In this document: positions 48,840 through 62,720 of the stretch, piece after piece
How the letters are laid out: every line of letters begins with the position of its first letter
Numbering within the stretch: the first letter of the stretch is position 1
Source of the DNA: an uncultured delta proteobacterium
GTDB taxonomy: Bacteria > Myxococcota > Myxococcia > Myxococcales > Anaeromyxobacteraceae
NCBI GenBank assembly: GCA_963766715.1
Contig: CAVYBH010000012.1
Coordinates: 416,001-480,000 of the forward strand
Length of the DNA stretch: 64,000 bases
Direction of reading: 5' to 3'
The notes under the pieces: model-generated
Database searches by the model: none
The model's input: the letters and a program-made list of their open reading frames with translations, nothing else
Told to the model about the DNA's origin: nothing
Program-made: the position numbers and the translations under genes

Positions 48840-49256
48840 ATGCTGCAGCCGGCGAGGACGAAGTACCGAAAGATGCAGAAGGGGCGCATGCGGGGCAAGG
48901 CCTACCGCGGCTCGGAGCTCAACCAGGGTTCGTTCGGCCTGGCTGCCACCGAGTGCGGTTACCTGACCAGCCGCCAGATCGAGGCGGCCCGCGTCGCCAT
49001 GAGCCGCTACGTGAAGCGGGGCGGCAAGCTCTGGATCCGGGTCTTCCCGGACAAGCCCATCACCAAGAAGCCCGCCGAGACCCGCATGGGCACCGGCAAG
49101 GGCCCCGTGGAGTACTACGTGGCCGTCATCAAGCCGGGGCGCGTGCTCTTCGAGATGGAGGGCGTCGGGGACGAGCAGGCCACCAAGGCCTTCGCCCTCG
49201 CTGCCTACAAGCTGCCCATCGCCACCAAGATGGTGAAGCGCGGCGTGACCCTGTAG
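48840..49256 (+). CDS. rplP: 50S ribosomal protein L16
   Basis: [15 protein letters not shown]. Confidence 0.99.
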   Translation: MLQPARTKYRKMQKGRMRGKAYRGSELNQGSFGLAATECGYLTSRQIEAARVAMSRYVKRGGKLWIRVFPDKPITKKPAETRMGTGKGPVEYYVAVIKPGRVLFEMEGVGDEQATKAFALAAYKLPIATKMVKRGVTL

Positions 49257-49264
49257 GAGCCGAC

Positions 49265-49504
49265 ATGTCGACCACGACCGAACTGCGCCAGCTGACGACG
49301 GAGGAGCTCGATGCCCGGGTGGGCGAGCTCAAGCAGCAGACCTTCGAGATGAAGGCGAAGCTGAACACCGGAGTCCTGGACTCCACCGCCGAACTCGCCA
49401 AGACCCGCCGCATGGCGGCTCGCTGCAAGACGCTGGCTCGCGAGAAGCAGCTGGGCATCGTCCGCAAGGCGAAGACCGAGACCCGCAAGGGCAAGAAGGA
49501 GTAG
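49265..49504 (+). CDS. rpmC: 50S ribosomal protein L29
   Basis: [15 protein letters not shown]...RRMAARCKT; position between rplP and rpsQ. Confidence 0.93.
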   Translation: MSTTTELRQLTTEELDARVGELKQQTFEMKAKLNTGVLDSTAELAKTRRMAARCKTLAREKQLGIVRKAKTETRKGKKE

Positions 49505-49506
49505 TC

Positions 49507-49767
49507 ATGGAGCGCGGAAAGGCCAAGTCCCGCGTCGGGGTGGTCGTCTCGAACAAGATGCAGAAGACCGTCGTCGTCCGCGTCGAGCGGCGCGTCGCCG
49601 ATCGCAAGTACGGGAAGATCGTCCGGCGGGCCGAGCGCTACAAGGCGCACGACGAGCACCAGACGTCCAAGCCCGGCGACAAGGTTCGCATCGTCGAGAC
49701 GCGCCCCATGTCGAAGGACAAGCGGTGGCGCGTGGCCGAGACCATCGAGAAGGGCCCGGAGGTCTAG
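49507..49767 (+). CDS. rpsQ: 30S ribosomal protein S17
   Basis: [22 protein letters not shown]. Confidence 0.98.
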   Translation: MERGKAKSRVGVVVSNKMQKTVVVRVERRVADRKYGKIVRRAERYKAHDEHQTSKPGDKVRIVETRPMSKDKRWRVAETIEKGPEV

Positions 49768-50136
49768 ATGATCCAGCAGCAGACGATCCTGGACGTCGCC
49801 GACAATTCCGGCGCCAAGAAGGTCCAGTGCATCAAGGTGCTCGGGGGCACGCGGCGCAAGTACGCCTCCCTCGGCGACGTCATCGTGGTCTCCGTCAAGG
49901 AGGCCATCCCGCAGTCCAAGGTGAAGAAGGGCGAGGTCGCCCGGGCCGTCATCGTGCGCACGGCGCGCGAGGTCAAGCGTCCGGACGGCAGCTACATCCG
50001 CTTCGACGGGAACTCGGCGGTCCTCATCAACAAGGACCTCGAGCCGGTCGGGACCCGCATCTTCGGGCCGGTGGCCCGCGAGCTCCGCGCCCGCAAGTTC
50101 ATGAAGATCATCAGCCTGGCGCCGGAGGTGCTGTAG
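49768..50136 (+). CDS. rplN: 50S ribosomal protein L14
   Basis: [20 protein letters not shown]. Confidence 0.99.
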   Translation: MIQQQTILDVADNSGAKKVQCIKVLGGTRRKYASLGDVIVVSVKEAIPQSKVKKGEVARAVIVRTAREVKRPDGSYIRFDGNSAVLINKDLEPVGTRIFGPVARELRARKFMKIISLAPEVL

Positions 50137-50139
50137 GCC

Positions 50140-50457
50140 ATGGACGTCCGCAAGAACGACACCGTGAAGGTCCTCGCCGGCCGCGAGAAGGGCAAGTCGG
50201 GCAAGGTGCTCGAGGTGCTCCACGAGAAGAACCGCGTCCGCGTCGAGAAGCTCATGACGGTGAAGCGCCACCTGAAGAAGGGGCGCAGCCAGACCAATCC
50301 CGACGGCGGGATCATCGAGCGGCCCGGCTCCATCCACGCCTCCAACGTGATGGTGGTCTGCCCGAAGTGCGGCAAGCCCACGCGCGTGGCCCACGCCACC
50401 CGCGAGGACGGCCGCCAGGTCCGGGCCTGCAAGAAGTGCAAGCAGCGCTGGGAATAG
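50140..50457 (+). CDS. rplX: 50S ribosomal protein L24
   Basis: KOW motif [19 protein letters not shown]. Confidence 0.97.
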   Translation: MDVRKNDTVKVLAGREKGKSGKVLEVLHEKNRVRVEKLMTVKRHLKKGRSQTNPDGGIIERPGSIHASNVMVVCPKCGKPTRVAHATREDGRQVRACKKCKQRWE

Positions 50458-50512
50458 CGAACGAACGCATCGCCCGGCGCCTGGTGCCCCGGACGAAGGC
50501 AAGGAGCGACAG

Positions 50513-51055
50513 ATGGCAGCACGTCTCAAGGAGCGGTACGAGAAGGAACTGCGGGCGGCCCTGGTGAAGGAGCTCGGGCTCAAGAACCCGATGCAGGCTC
50601 CGCGGGTCGAGAAGGTCGTGGTGAACATGGGCCTCGGCGAGGCCACCCAGAACGGCAAGATCCTGGACGCCTCGCTCGAGCAGCTCACCGCCATCACCGG
50701 CCAGAAGCCGGTGGTGACCAAGGCCCGCAAGTCCATCGCGAACTTCAAGCTGCGCCAGGGCCAGAGCATCGGGGCCATGGTCACCCTTCGCGGGGACCGG
50801 GCCTACGAGTTCCTCGACAGGCTCCTCAACGTGGCGCTGCCGCGCGTGCGCGACTTCAAGGGCGTCTCGCCCAAGGCGTTCGACGGGAAGGGCAACTACA
50901 CGCTCGGCGTGAAGGAGCAGATCATCTTCCCGGAAATCAACTACGACAAGGTCGAGAAGATCAAGGGCCTCAACATCACCGTGGTCACCACGGCACGGAA
51001 CGACGAGGAGGGCAGGGTCCTGCTCCGCCACCTCGGCATGCCCTTCCGCCAGTAG
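50513..51055 (+). CDS. rplE: 50S ribosomal protein L5
   Basis: [21 protein letters not shown]. Confidence 0.99.
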   Translation: MAARLKERYEKELRAALVKELGLKNPMQAPRVEKVVVNMGLGEATQNGKILDASLEQLTAITGQKPVVTKARKSIANFKLRQGQSIGAMVTLRGDRAYEFLDRLLNVALPRVRDFKGVSPKAFDGKGNYTLGVKEQIIFPEINYDKVEKIKGLNITVVTTARNDEEGRVLLRHLGMPFRQ

Positions 51056-51076
51056 CCGGACCAGGAGACGGACCAG

Positions 51077-51262
51077 ATGGCAAAGCTTTCGAAAATGGCG
51101 CAGGCGGCACGCAAGCTGAAGTACCCCGTGCGCCAGTACAACCGCTGCCCGATCTGCGGGCGGCCCCGCGCATTCCTGCGCAAGTTCCAGATGTGTCGCA
51201 TCTGCTTCCGCAATCGCGCGCTCCGGGGCGAAGTCACCGGCGTCATCAAGTCGAGCTGGTAG
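51077..51262 (+). CDS. rpsN: 30S ribosomal protein S14, short Zn-binding type Z
   Basis: 61 aa, CPIC...CRIC. Confidence 0.97.
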   Translation: MAKLSKMAQAARKLKYPVRQYNRCPICGRPRAFLRKFQMCRICFRNRALRGEVTGVIKSSW

Positions 51263-51274
51263 GGAGACTCATCG

Positions 51275-51676
51275 ATGAGCTTCACCGATCCCATTGGCGA
51301 CATGCTCACGCGCGTCCGGAATGCTTCGTCGGCGCGCCACGAGAAGGTGCTCGTTCCGGCCTCCAACCTCAAGGCGCGCATCGCCGAGGTCCTGAAGGCG
51401 GAGGGCTTCATCCAGGACTTCGTCCTCCACAAGGACGAGAGCCATCAGGGGGCCATCACCATCCTCCTGAAGTACGGGCCCGACCGCGAGCCCGCCATCA
51501 GCGACATCAAGCGGGTGTCGAAGCCGGGCCTTCGGCGGTACGTGGCCACCGGCAACATCCCCCGCGTCCTCAACGGCATGGGCATCGCCATCCTCTCCAC
51601 CTCCAAGGGCGTCATGGTGGATCGGGAGGCCCGCAAGCAGAAGGTGGGCGGCGAGCTCATCTGCACGGTCTGGTAG
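51275..51676 (+). CDS. rpsH: 30S ribosomal protein S8
   Basis: [20 protein letters not shown]. Confidence 0.99.
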   Translation: MSFTDPIGDMLTRVRNASSARHEKVLVPASNLKARIAEVLKAEGFIQDFVLHKDESHQGAITILLKYGPDREPAISDIKRVSKPGLRRYVATGNIPRVLNGMGIAILSTSKGVMVDREARKQKVGGELICTVW

Positions 51677-51685
51677 GAGAGGTCC

Positions 51686-52228
51686 ATGTCCCGCATCGGA
51701 AAGCTTCCGGTCAAGCTGCCGGAGAAGGTCAAGGTCACCGTGGACGGAACCACGGTGAAGGTCGAGGGCCCCAAGGGCAAGACCTCCTTCACCGTCAATC
51801 CGCTCATGAAGATCCAGGTGGAGAAGGGCGAGGTGCTGGTCCTCCGCCCCGACGACTCCACCAAGGCCCGCTCGCTCCACGGCCTGACCCGCACCCTGGT
51901 GCGCAACGCCGTCGACGGCGTCACCAAGGGCTACGAGCGCACGCTCGAGATCGTCGGCGTGGGCTTCAAGGCGGAGTCCAAGGGCAAGGAAGTGAACTTC
52001 CTCCTCGGCTTCTCCCACCCGGTGATCTTCAAGCTGCCGGAGGGCATCACCGCCGAGGTCGACGCCAAGCAGACCAAGGTCGTGGTCCGCGGCGCCGACA
52101 AGCACATGGTCGGGATGACGGCTGCCCGCATCCGCGAGCTCCGGCCCCCCGAGCCGTACAAGGGCAAGGGCATCAAGTACAGCCACGAGACGATTCGCCG
52201 CAAGGAAGGGAAGACCGGAGCAGCCTAG
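51686..52228 (+). CDS. rplF: 50S ribosomal protein L6
   Basis: MSRIGK, PEPYKGKG. Confidence 0.99.
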   Translation: MSRIGKLPVKLPEKVKVTVDGTTVKVEGPKGKTSFTVNPLMKIQVEKGEVLVLRPDDSTKARSLHGLTRTLVRNAVDGVTKGYERTLEIVGVGFKAESKGKEVNFLLGFSHPVIFKLPEGITAEVDAKQTKVVVRGADKHMVGMTAARIRELRPPEPYKGKGIKYSHETIRRKEGKTGAA

Positions 52229-52282
52229 TCGCTGCCCGCTCATGCGCCGGCTGAGCCAGCGCCGCCGCAAGGAGGAACGCAC

Positions 52283-52643
52283 ATGCCAGAGAAGGTCACC
52301 CCCCGCGAGAAGCGCAAGGCGCGCATCCGCAAGAAGCTGTCCGGCACCGCGGCGCGTCCGCGCCTCACGGTCTACCGGAGCCTGAACCACATCTACGCGC
52401 AGCTGGTGGACGACGTGGCGGGCAGCACGCGTCGCCTTCGCCGGCACCACCTCCAAGGCGCTCAAGGATGCGGTGAAGGACGACGACAAGACGGCCGCCG
52501 CCAAGAAGGTCGGCACGGCCATCGCCAAGATGGCGATCGAGAAGGGCGTCACGCACGTCGTCTTCGATCGCAACGGTTTCGATTACCACGGCCGGGTCGC
52601 GGCGGTGGCGGAGGCCGCCCGCGAGGCCGGCCTCAAGTTCTAG
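52283..52643 (+). CDS. rplR: 50S ribosomal protein L18; indel near 52430
   Basis: [15 protein letters not shown] / [13 protein letters not shown]...EAGLKF. Confidence 0.95.
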
Positions 52644-52670
52644 GCATCGCAGGACCGAGGGACGAGACGA

Positions 52671-53174
52671 ATGGCTGCTCCCATCAACGTGAACGATCTC
52701 GAGCTGACGGACCGCGTGGTCCACATCAACCGCGTCGCCAAGGTGGTCAAGGGCGGCCGGCGCTTCAGCTTCTCCGCCCTCATCGTGGTCGGCGACGGCC
52801 AGGGGCACGTCGGCGTGGGCCTGGGCAAGGCCAACGAGGTGCCTGAAGCCATCCGCAAGGGCGGCGAGCAGGCGAAGAAGAACGTGTTCCTGGTGCCGCT
52901 CGCCGGGACCACCATCCCGCACGAGGTCCTCGGGCACTTCGGGGCGGGCCGGGTGCTCCTCAAGCCGGCCAGCGAGGGTACCGGCGTCATCGCGGGTGGC
53001 GCGGTTCGCGCCGTCCTCGAGGCGGCCGGCGTCCGCAACGTGCTGACCAAGAGCCAGGGCTCGCGGAATCCGCACAACGTGCTGAAGGCGACGGTCGCCG
53101 GCCTGAAGAGGCTGCGCAACGCCGATCGCGTGGCCCAGATGCGCGGCAAGACGGTCGCCGAGATGACGGAATAG
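52671..53174 (+). CDS. rpsE: 30S ribosomal protein S5
   Basis: [19 protein letters not shown]. Confidence 0.99.
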   Translation: MAAPINVNDLELTDRVVHINRVAKVVKGGRRFSFSALIVVGDGQGHVGVGLGKANEVPEAIRKGGEQAKKNVFLVPLAGTTIPHEVLGHFGAGRVLLKPASEGTGVIAGGAVRAVLEAAGVRNVLTKSQGSRNPHNVLKATVAGLKRLRNADRVAQMRGKTVAEMTE

Positions 53175-53187
53175 GCGGGAGACGACG

Positions 53188-53424
53188 ATGGCAGCCATCA
53201 AGGTGACGTTGAGGCACGGACTGTCGGGAATCCCGGCGAAGCAGCGCCTGGTCGTGACGGGCATGGGTCTGAAGAAGCACGATTCGCACAAGATCCTCCC
53301 CGACACCCCGGCCACGATGGGCATGATCCGCAAGGTCAGCTACCTCGTGGACTGGGAGCGCGTCGATGCGCCGGCGCCGCAGGGGCGTCTCGCCAGGAAG
53401 TCGAAGGGCGCCAAGGGCGCCTAG
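53188..53424 (+). CDS. rpmD: 50S ribosomal protein L30
   Basis: IKVTL...MGLKK...[10 protein letters not shown]; position between rpsE and rplO. Confidence 0.92.
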   Translation: MAAIKVTLRHGLSGIPAKQRLVVTGMGLKKHDSHKILPDTPATMGMIRKVSYLVDWERVDAPAPQGRLARKSKGAKGA

Positions 53425-53460
53425 CGCGCCTCGCCCCAACGAGAGTAGAAAGGAACGCTC

Positions 53461-53964
53461 ATGTCGTCGTTGAACCAGCTGAAGGCGCCCCGGGGCGCGA
53501 CGAAGGTCCGCAAGCGCGTCGGTCGTGGCCAGGGCTCGGGCCTCGGCAAGACCGCCGGACGCGGCGGGAAGGGCCAGAAGGCCCGCAGCGGTAACATGCA
53601 CTTCGAGGGCTTCGAAGGCGGCCAGATGCCGCTGCAGCGCCGCCTCCCGAAGTTCGGATTCAACAACCCCTTCCGGCTCGTGTACGAGGAGGTCACCGTG
53701 ACCGACCTCGGGCTCCTGCCGGCCGGGAGCGTCGTCGACCTGGCCGCCCTGCGCGGCGCCGGGCTCGCCCGGGGCAAGGGCGACGGCGTGGTGGTGCTCG
53801 GCAAGGGCGACCTGGCCGGGGCCTACACCGTGCGCGTCGACCGGGTCACGGCCGGCGCCCGCGAGGCCATCGAGAAGGCGGGCGGGACGGTCGACCTGGT
53901 CCCCAAGCGCCAGACGATGCACGAGAAGAAGAAGTCCGAGAAGAAGGCCAAGAGCAAGGCATAG
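53461..53964 (+). CDS. rplO: 50S ribosomal protein L15
   Basis: RVGRGQGSGLGKT, FEGGQMPL.RRLPK. Confidence 0.98.
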   Translation: MSSLNQLKAPRGATKVRKRVGRGQGSGLGKTAGRGGKGQKARSGNMHFEGFEGGQMPLQRRLPKFGFNNPFRLVYEEVTVTDLGLLPAGSVVDLAALRGAGLARGKGDGVVVLGKGDLAGAYTVRVDRVTAGAREAIEKAGGTVDLVPKRQTMHEKKKSEKKAKSKA

Positions 53965-53982
53965 AGGGCGGGGGAACACCGG

Positions 53983-55314
<1,332 letters not shown>

Positions 55315-55342
55315 CGGCCCGCGTGCCGTCCCTGGAGAGACG

Positions 55343-55993
55343 ATGATCCTCATCCTGCTGGGGCCCCCGGGCGCGGGCAAGGGAACGCAGGCCAAGCTGC
55401 TGGCGGCCGCGCTGCAGATCCCGCACATCTCCACCGGTGACATGTTCCGCGACCACAAGGCGCGGGGCACGGAGCTGGGCAAGCAGGTGGACGCCATCAT
55501 GGCCTCCGGCGGCCTGGTGCCCGACGACGTGACGAACAGCATGGTCAAGGACCGCCTCGCCCGTCCCGACGTGGGCCGGGGCTTCATCCTCGACGGCTAC
55601 CCGCGCACCGCCGCCCAGGCGGCCTACCTCGACCAGGTCCTGCTCTCCATGGGCCGGAAGCTCGACCGCGCGCTCTCCTACGAGGTCCCGCAGGGGCTGC
55701 TCGTCGACCGGATGAGCGGCCGCCGCAGCTGCCCGACGTGCGGCACGGTCTACCACGTCACGGCCAACCCGCCGAAGCAGGCCGGCGTCTGCGACCGCGA
55801 GGGCAGCGCCCTCGTGCAGCGCGACGACGACAAGGCCGAGACGGTGGCCCGGCGCCTCCAGGAGTACGAGGCCAAGACCCAGCCCCTGAAGCGCTACTAC
55901 CAAGAGAAGGGCAGCCTGTCGGACGTCACCGGCACCGGCTCGCCCGACGAGGTGCTCGCCGCAGCCCGGCGGGTCCTCGGGCTGGCCACCTAG
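55343..55993 (+). CDS. adk: Adenylate kinase
   Basis: [23 protein letters not shown]...CDRE. Confidence 0.98.
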   Translation: MILILLGPPGAGKGTQAKLLAAALQIPHISTGDMFRDHKARGTELGKQVDAIMASGGLVPDDVTNSMVKDRLARPDVGRGFILDGYPRTAAQAAYLDQVLLSMGRKLDRALSYEVPQGLLVDRMSGRRSCPTCGTVYHVTANPPKQAGVCDREGSALVQRDDDKAETVARRLQEYEAKTQPLKRYYQEKGSLSDVTGTGSPDEVLAAARRVLGLAT

Positions 55994-56026
55994 CTTGGCC
56001 GGCAACCGGGAAGGTCGCGCGAACCC

Positions 56027-56781
56027 TTGCAGCTGAAGTCACCAGACGACCTCGCGCGCATGCGCGATGCGGCCCGCATCGTCCGCGCCGTGCTCGACGA
56101 GGTGTCGGGCGCCGCGGTCGCGGGCACGTCCACGGCCGAGCTCGACCGCCTGGCCGAGGCCAGGACCCTCGAGCGGGGCGCGGTCCCGGCCTTCAAGGGG
56201 TACCTGGGATACCCGGCGAGCATCTGCATCTCGGTCAACGACGAGGTGGTCCACGGGATCCCCTCGCCGGGCCGGGTGCTCCGGGACGGGGACGTGGTCG
56301 GCCTGGACTTCGGGGCCATCCTCCGCGGGTTCCACGGCGACGCCGCCCAGACGGTCGTGGTGGGCCGGGGCAGCCCCGAGGCCCTGCGCCTCGTCGAGGC
56401 CACCCGGGCGGCCCTGGAGAGCGGCATCGCCGCGGCACGGGCCGGCGGGCGGGTGGGGGACATCGGGGCCGCCGTGCAGGGCAGCGCCGAGGCGGCGGGC
56501 TTCTCCGTGGTCCGGGACTTCGTCGGGCCACGGCATCGGGCGCAAGCTCCACGAGCCGCCCCAGGTCCCCAACTTTGGCGTGGCGGGCACGGGGGCCTGG
56601 CTCCGGCCCGGGACTCGTGCTCGCCATCGAGCCGATGGTGAATGCCGGCCATCCCGGGGTCCGGACGCTCGAGGACGGATGGACCGCCGTGACCGAGGAC
56701 GGGAGCCTTTCCGCCCACTTCGAGCACACCGTGGCGGTCACCGAGGCAGGTCCCGAGATACTCACCCGGGAGGGGGCCTGA
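56027..56781 (+). CDS. map: Methionine aminopeptidase type I; two indels
   Basis: [31 protein letters not shown]. Confidence 0.95.
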
Positions 56782-56814
56782 AGGTGGTCTCCGACTCTTC
56801 GGAGCAGCCATCGC

Positions 56815-56843
56815 TTGCAACCGGGAAAATCGCATGTTATAGG
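56815..56843 (+). promoter_or_regulatory. Internal sigma70 promoter upstream of rpmJ and the alpha operon
   Basis: TTGCAA-17 bp-TATAGG with extended -10 TG. Confidence 0.7.
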
Positions 56844-56997
56844 GCGCCCTTCGCATCTGCCCGGTGTCGAGGGTACGGGTGCGCCAGGAATCGCCAGAAG
56901 GGTACGGGGGATGGCATCACCCCCGACGGTCCCGCCGGCAATGCTCGGCGGGGCTTTTCGTCTCGTGCCAGAACTTTTTCGGTCGGGTGAACAGGTC

Positions 56998-57114
56998 ATG
57001 AAGGTCCGCGCGTCGGTGAAGAAGATCTGCGACAAGTGCAAGGTCGTGAAGCGCAAGGGCGTGGTGCGGATCATCTGCGCCGCCAACCCCCGCCACAAGC
57101 AGCGCCAGGGCTAG
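56998..57114 (+). CDS. rpmJ: 50S ribosomal protein L36 (Zn-binding)
   Basis: [17 protein letters not shown]...[13 protein letters not shown]. Confidence 0.98.
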   Translation: MKVRASVKKICDKCKVVKRKGVVRIICAANPRHKQRQG

Positions 57115-57149
57115 CCCAGGGCTAGACCCGGAGAACCGGAGACAGAGGA

Positions 57150-57538
57150 ATGGCTCGCATCGCCGGCGTCGATCTCCCTGCAGAGAAGCGCATCGAGATC
57201 TCGCTCCAGTACATCTACGGCATCGGCAAGGCCACCGCGAAGAAGATCCTCGCCAAGGCCGGGATCGACCCCGTCACGCGGACGAAGGACCTCGACGACG
57301 ATCAGGTCCGTCACATCCGCGAGGCCATCGAGGCCATCACCCAGGTCGAGGGCGACCTGCGGCGGGAAACCTCGATGAACATCAAGCGCCTCATGGACCT
57401 CGGCTGCTATCGCGGCCTGCGCCACCGCAAGGGGCTCCCGGTCCGCGGCCAGCGCACCCACACCAACGCCCGCACGCGCAAGGGGCCGAAGCGCGGCCTC
57501 GTCCGCAAGGCCGCCGCCGCCGCCCGGCCCCCCGCTAG
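57150..57538 (+). CDS. rpsM: 30S ribosomal protein S13; indel near the 3' end
   Basis: [27 protein letters not shown]. Confidence 0.97.
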
Positions 57539-57578
57539 CGGGCTCGGCGCCGAAACCAGTCGAGAACGGAGAGTCAGC

Positions 57579-58092
57579 GTGGCTGACGAGAAGCAGGCCG
57601 AGAAGGCCGAGAAGCCGGTGAAGAAGGCAGAGGCGGCCCCGCCAAGGCCGAGGAGATCACTCCCTCGGTCCCGAACCTGAGCGGCATCGAGCCCGTCACC
57701 GCGTCCCCCGTGACCCCGAAGAAGGGGAAGAAGCGGGTCAAGAAGAACGTGGCCAGCGGGATCGTGCACATCAACTCCACGTTCAACAACACGATGATCA
57801 CCATCACCGACGCCACCGGGAACGTCCTGTCCTGGTCGTCGGCCGGCGCGCGCGGCTTCAAGGGCTCGCGCAAGTCGACGCCGTTCGCCGCGCAGGTCGC
57901 GGCGGGCGACGCGGCCGCCAAGGCCATGGAGCACGGCCTCAAGGCGGTGGTGGTCATGGTGAAGGGCCCGGGGCGGGCCGCGAGTCGGCGCTGCGCGCCA
58001 TCGCCTCGGCGGGGCTCAAGATCTCGCTCATCAAGGACGTCACGCCCATCCCGCACAACGGCACCCGGCCGCCCAAGCGCCGGCGCGTCTGA
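57579..58092 (+). CDS. rpsK: 30S ribosomal protein S11 with N-terminal extension; indels near 57640 and 57970
   Basis: [36 protein letters not shown]. Confidence 0.95.
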
Positions 58093-58113
58093 GACGGACA
58101 GGAGACGAACACA

Positions 58114-58742
58114 GTGGCTCGTTACACCGAAAGCGTCTGCCGGCTCTGCCGCCGCGAGAATCTGAAGATGTACCTGAAGGGCGACCGCTGCTACACGGAC
58201 AAGTGCGCCATCGAGCGCCGTCCGTACCCGCCCGGACAGCACGGCCAGGGCCGGATCAAGTTCACCGAGTACGGCGTCCAGCTGCGCGAGAAGCAGAAGG
58301 TCAAGCGCATGTACGGGCTGCTCGAGTCCGGCTTCCGTCACGCCTTCGCGGGCGCCGCCGCCGCCAAGGGGCGCACCGGCGAGAACCTGCTGCAGGGGCT
58401 CGAGCTCCGGCTCGACAACGCCGTGTTCCGGCTCGGCTTCGCCGACAGCCGCAACGAGGCGCGCCAGCTGGTCCGCCACGGCCACTTCCGCGTCAACGGC
58501 CGCAAGGTGACCATCCCCTCCTACGAGCTGCGCGCCGGCGACGTCGTCGACGTCCGCGATCGCAGCAGGAAGGTGGCCCGCATCGCCGAGGCCATCGAGG
58601 CGGTGGACCGCCGCGGCGTTCCGGCGCTGGCTCGAGCTGGACAAGGCCGGCGTTCAAGGGCACGGTGAGGACCGCGCCGGCGCGCGAGGACATCACCATG
58701 CCGATCCAGGAGCAGCTGATCGTCGAGCTCTACTCGAAGTGA
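58114..58742 (+). CDS. rpsD: 30S ribosomal protein S4; indels near 58625-58650
   Basis: CRLCRRE...[28 protein letters not shown]. Confidence 0.97.
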
Positions 58743-58876
58743 TTCGCCGGGCGCGGCCTGCCGGCCGCGCCCGACGTCGTCGGAATCCAACACGGAGCGT
58801 CGCGCGCCCCACGGCGCCCTGACCCCGCCGGGCTGCGGAGGAACGGGGAGGGGGCGGCGGCCAAAGGAGAAAGCCC

Positions 58877-59895
<1,019 letters not shown>

Positions 59896-59928
59896 GCGTC
59901 CAACGAACTCTCCGAGGGAGATGCCGAG

Positions 59929-60469
59929 ATGAAGCACCGCGTAGCCGGCCGCCGGCTCGACCGCACCACCGAGCACCGGATTGCGATGTTCCGCAACCAG
60001 GTGACCTCGCTCCTGCGCCACGAGCGCATCGTGACCACCACGCCCAAGGCGAAGGAGCTGAAGCGCATCGCCGACAAGGTCATCACGCTGGGGAAGAAGG
60101 GCACCGCCCACGCCCGGCGCATCGCCTTCCGCGACGTCCGCGACGGCGAGGTGATCGAGAAGCTCTTCGGGCCCATCGCCGAGCGGTACGCCGACGCGCG
60201 CCGGCGGCTACAGCCGCATCATCCACAAGGGCAAGCGCCACGGCGACAACGCCGACATGTCCATCATCGAGCTCGTCGACCGGGTGACCGCGGCCGCCGG
60301 GAAGGGTGAGGCCGACGAGGCGAAGGCCGCCAAGGCTCCCAAGGCCGAGAAGGCCACCAAGGCTCCGAAGGCCGAGAAGGCCCCGAAGGCCGAGAAGAAG
60401 TCCGACAAGAAGGCCCCGGCCGCCGAGAAGGCGCCGAAGGCCAAGGCCAAGAAGGCCAAGGGCGAGTAG
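59929..60469 (+). CDS. rplQ: 50S ribosomal protein L17 with Lys/Ala-rich tail; indel near 60195
   Basis: MKHR...[13 protein letters not shown] / GGYSRI...[13 protein letters not shown], then KAPKAEK repeats. Confidence 0.95.
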
Positions 60470-60489
60470 CCCGGAAGGAGGAGTATCCG

Positions 60490-60748
60490 ATGGCGGTTGT
60501 CCTTCGCCTTTCCAGGGCGGGAACGCACAAGGCGCCGTTCTACCACGTGGTGGCCACCGACTCGCGCAAGCCGCGCGATGGCCGCTACCTGGAGGACGTC
60601 GGCCAGTACGACCCGACCCAGACCCCGATCCGCCTGCAGCTCAAGGTGGACCGCGTCGATTTCTGGCTCAAGGCCGGCGCCAAGCCGAGCCCCACCGTCG
60701 CCAAGCTGATCAAGCTGGCCAAGGCAGGCGGCTCCGGCGAAGGCCTAG
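60490..60748 (+). CDS. rpsP: 30S ribosomal protein S16; indel near the 3' end
   Basis: MAVVLRL.R.G...PFY.VV.TDSR.PRDGR. Confidence 0.96.
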
Positions 60749-60768
60749 GCCTAGCCGGCCGAGCGGCC

Positions 60769-61000
60769 ATGCGCGACCTGCTTCTCTGGCTGGCGAGGGA
60801 GCTGGTCGAGCACGCGGGACGCGGTCCGGGTCGACGCCATCGAGCGCGAGCGCACCGTGGTCCTGGAGCTGGCCGTCGATCCGTCCGACCTGGGCCGGGT
60901 CATCGGCCGCGGCGGCAAGACCGCCAAGGCCATCCGGACGGTGGTCGACGCGGCGGCCCGGCGCGAGGGCCGGCGGGCCGTCGTCGACATCCTCGACTGA
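60769..61000 (+). CDS. khpA: KH-domain RNA-binding protein (KhpA/YlqC-like); indel near 60817
   Basis: MRDLLLWLARELVEH / LELAVDPSDLGRVIGRGGKTAKAIR; position between rpsP and rimM. Confidence 0.88.
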
Positions 61001-61536
61001 TGGCCTGGGTCCGGCTCGGCACCGTGGTCCGGGCCGTCGGCCTCGACGGCAAGGTCGGCGTGGCCGGGACCGAGGGAGCGCTCTCGCGGATGAGCAGCGT
61101 GGCGCTGCGGCAGGGCGGGTCAGGCGGAGACCGGAGCGCAAGGTCCTCGCCGCCGGGCCGCAGGGGCGGATCTGGTGGCTGCGCCTCGAGGGCGTGGAGG
61201 ACCGGACCGCCGCCGAGGCGCTGCGGGGAAGCGAGGTCTGGGGGCGGCGGGAGGAGATGGGGGACGCCGGCGAGGGGCGCCACTTCTGGGCCGACCTCGA
61301 GGGAATGCCGGTGGTCGCGGCCAGCCGGGGACGAGCTGGGACAGGGTGGAGGAGCTCTTCGTGACCGGGGGCGTGGACGTGCTGGTGGTCCGCGGTCCCG
61401 GGGGAGAACGGCTGGTGCCGCTCGCCCCTGGGTCACGGTGGATCGGGAGCAGGGCCGGGTGGTGGTGGATGCGCCGCCCGGGCTGCTCGACGCGGACGAC
61501 GAGGAGGCGCGCAGGACGGAGAGGAAACGGACGTGA
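61000..61536 (+). CDS. rimM: 16S rRNA processing protein RimM; several indels
   Basis: [44 protein letters not shown]. Confidence 0.88.
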   Translation: MAWVRLGTVVRAVGLDGKVGVAGTEGALSRMSSVALRQGGSGGDRSARSSPPGRRGGSGGCASRAWRTGPPPRRCGEARSGGGGRRWGTPARGATSGPTSRECRWSRPAGDELGQGGGALRDRGRGRAGGPRSRGRTAGAARPWVTVDREQGRVVVDAPPGLLDADDEEARRTERKRT

Positions 61537-62273
61537 AGCGGCTGGAGGTGGAGATCCTGACCCTCTTCCCTCGGATGTGCGAGGGGTACCTCTCCGAGAG
61601 CATTCTCGGAAAGGCGCGGGAGGCAGGGCTCCTCGACGCGCGGGTGACCGACATCCGCGAGTACGCCTCCGGGAAGCACCGGGTCACCGACGACGCTCCC
61701 TACGGTGGGGGCGGCGGGATGGTGATGAAGCCGGAGCCGCTGACCGCCGCCATCGAGGCCGCCCGCGAGCGGCTGCCCGGGGCCCGGGTGCTGCTCACGA
61801 GCCCCCGGGGCGTGCCGCTCTCGCAGCGGCTGGTGGAGGAACTGGCGGAGCACGGACGTCTCATCATCGCCTGCGGGCGCTACGAGGGAGTGGACGAGCG
61901 CGTGAGGATGGCAGTCGACATGGAGGTCTCCAGCGGGGACTTCGTGCTCACCGGCGGCGAGCTGGCGGCGCTCTGCGTCGTCGACGCCGCCGCCCGCCTG
62001 GTCCCGGGGGTGCTCGGAAACGACACCTCGGCCGGCCGGGAGAGCTTCGCCGGAGCCCCCCTCCTGGAGTACCCTCACTACACCCGCCCGCCGGCGTTCC
62101 GCGGAGTGGAGGTCCCCGAGGTCCTCCTCTCCGGGGATCACCGGCGCGTGGAGCGGTGGCGCCGGCGCGAGTCGCTCCGGGTCACGCGGGAACGGCGCCC
62201 GGACCTGTTCGCGCGCCTGGAACTGAACGAAGACGACCGCCGGCTCATCGAGGCCGGCGACGACGAGCTGTAA
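61533..62273 (+). CDS. trmD: tRNA (guanine-N1)-methyltransferase
   Basis: [40 protein letters not shown]. Confidence 0.98.
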   Translation: MKRLEVEILTLFPRMCEGYLSESILGKAREAGLLDARVTDIREYASGKHRVTDDAPYGGGGGMVMKPEPLTAAIEAARERLPGARVLLTSPRGVPLSQRLVEELAEHGRLIIACGRYEGVDERVRMAVDMEVSSGDFVLTGGELAALCVVDAAARLVPGVLGNDTSAGRESFAGAPLLEYPHYTRPPAFRGVEVPEVLLSGDHRRVERWRRRESLRVTRERRPDLFARLELNEDDRRLIEAGDDEL

Positions 62274-62286
62274 GGGAGAAGAGACG

Positions 62287-62671
62287 ATGCTGCGCAAGGA
62301 AATCGCCGACGTAGAGGCCAAGTACCTCCGCAAGGACGTTCCGGTCTTCCGTGCCGGGGACACCGTGCGGGTGCACACGAAGATCAAGGAAGGCGACAAG
62401 GAGCGCATCCAGCTGTACGAGGGCGTGGTCATCGCCTCGTCCGGCGGCGGCGCCCGCGCCATGTTCACCGTCCGCAAGGTGAGCTACGGCGTGGGCGTCG
62501 AGCGCATCTTCCCGCTCCACAGCCCCCGCATCGACCGCGTCGAGGTGGTGAGCCGCGGCGACGTCCGCCGCTCGCGCCTGTACTACCTGCGCGGATCTCC
62601 AGGGGAAGGCCGCCCGCGTCCAGCAGGAAGAGGGGCCGAAGGCGGCCGCCGCCAAGCCCGCCCAGGCCTGA
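62287..62671 (+). CDS. rplS: 50S ribosomal protein L19; indel near 62592
   Basis: [34 protein letters not shown]. Confidence 0.96.
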
Positions 62672-62720
62672 TCCGGGTCTTTCCCGCGGTCCGCACGCGG
62701 AGTACAGTCGCTCCGCCGAC

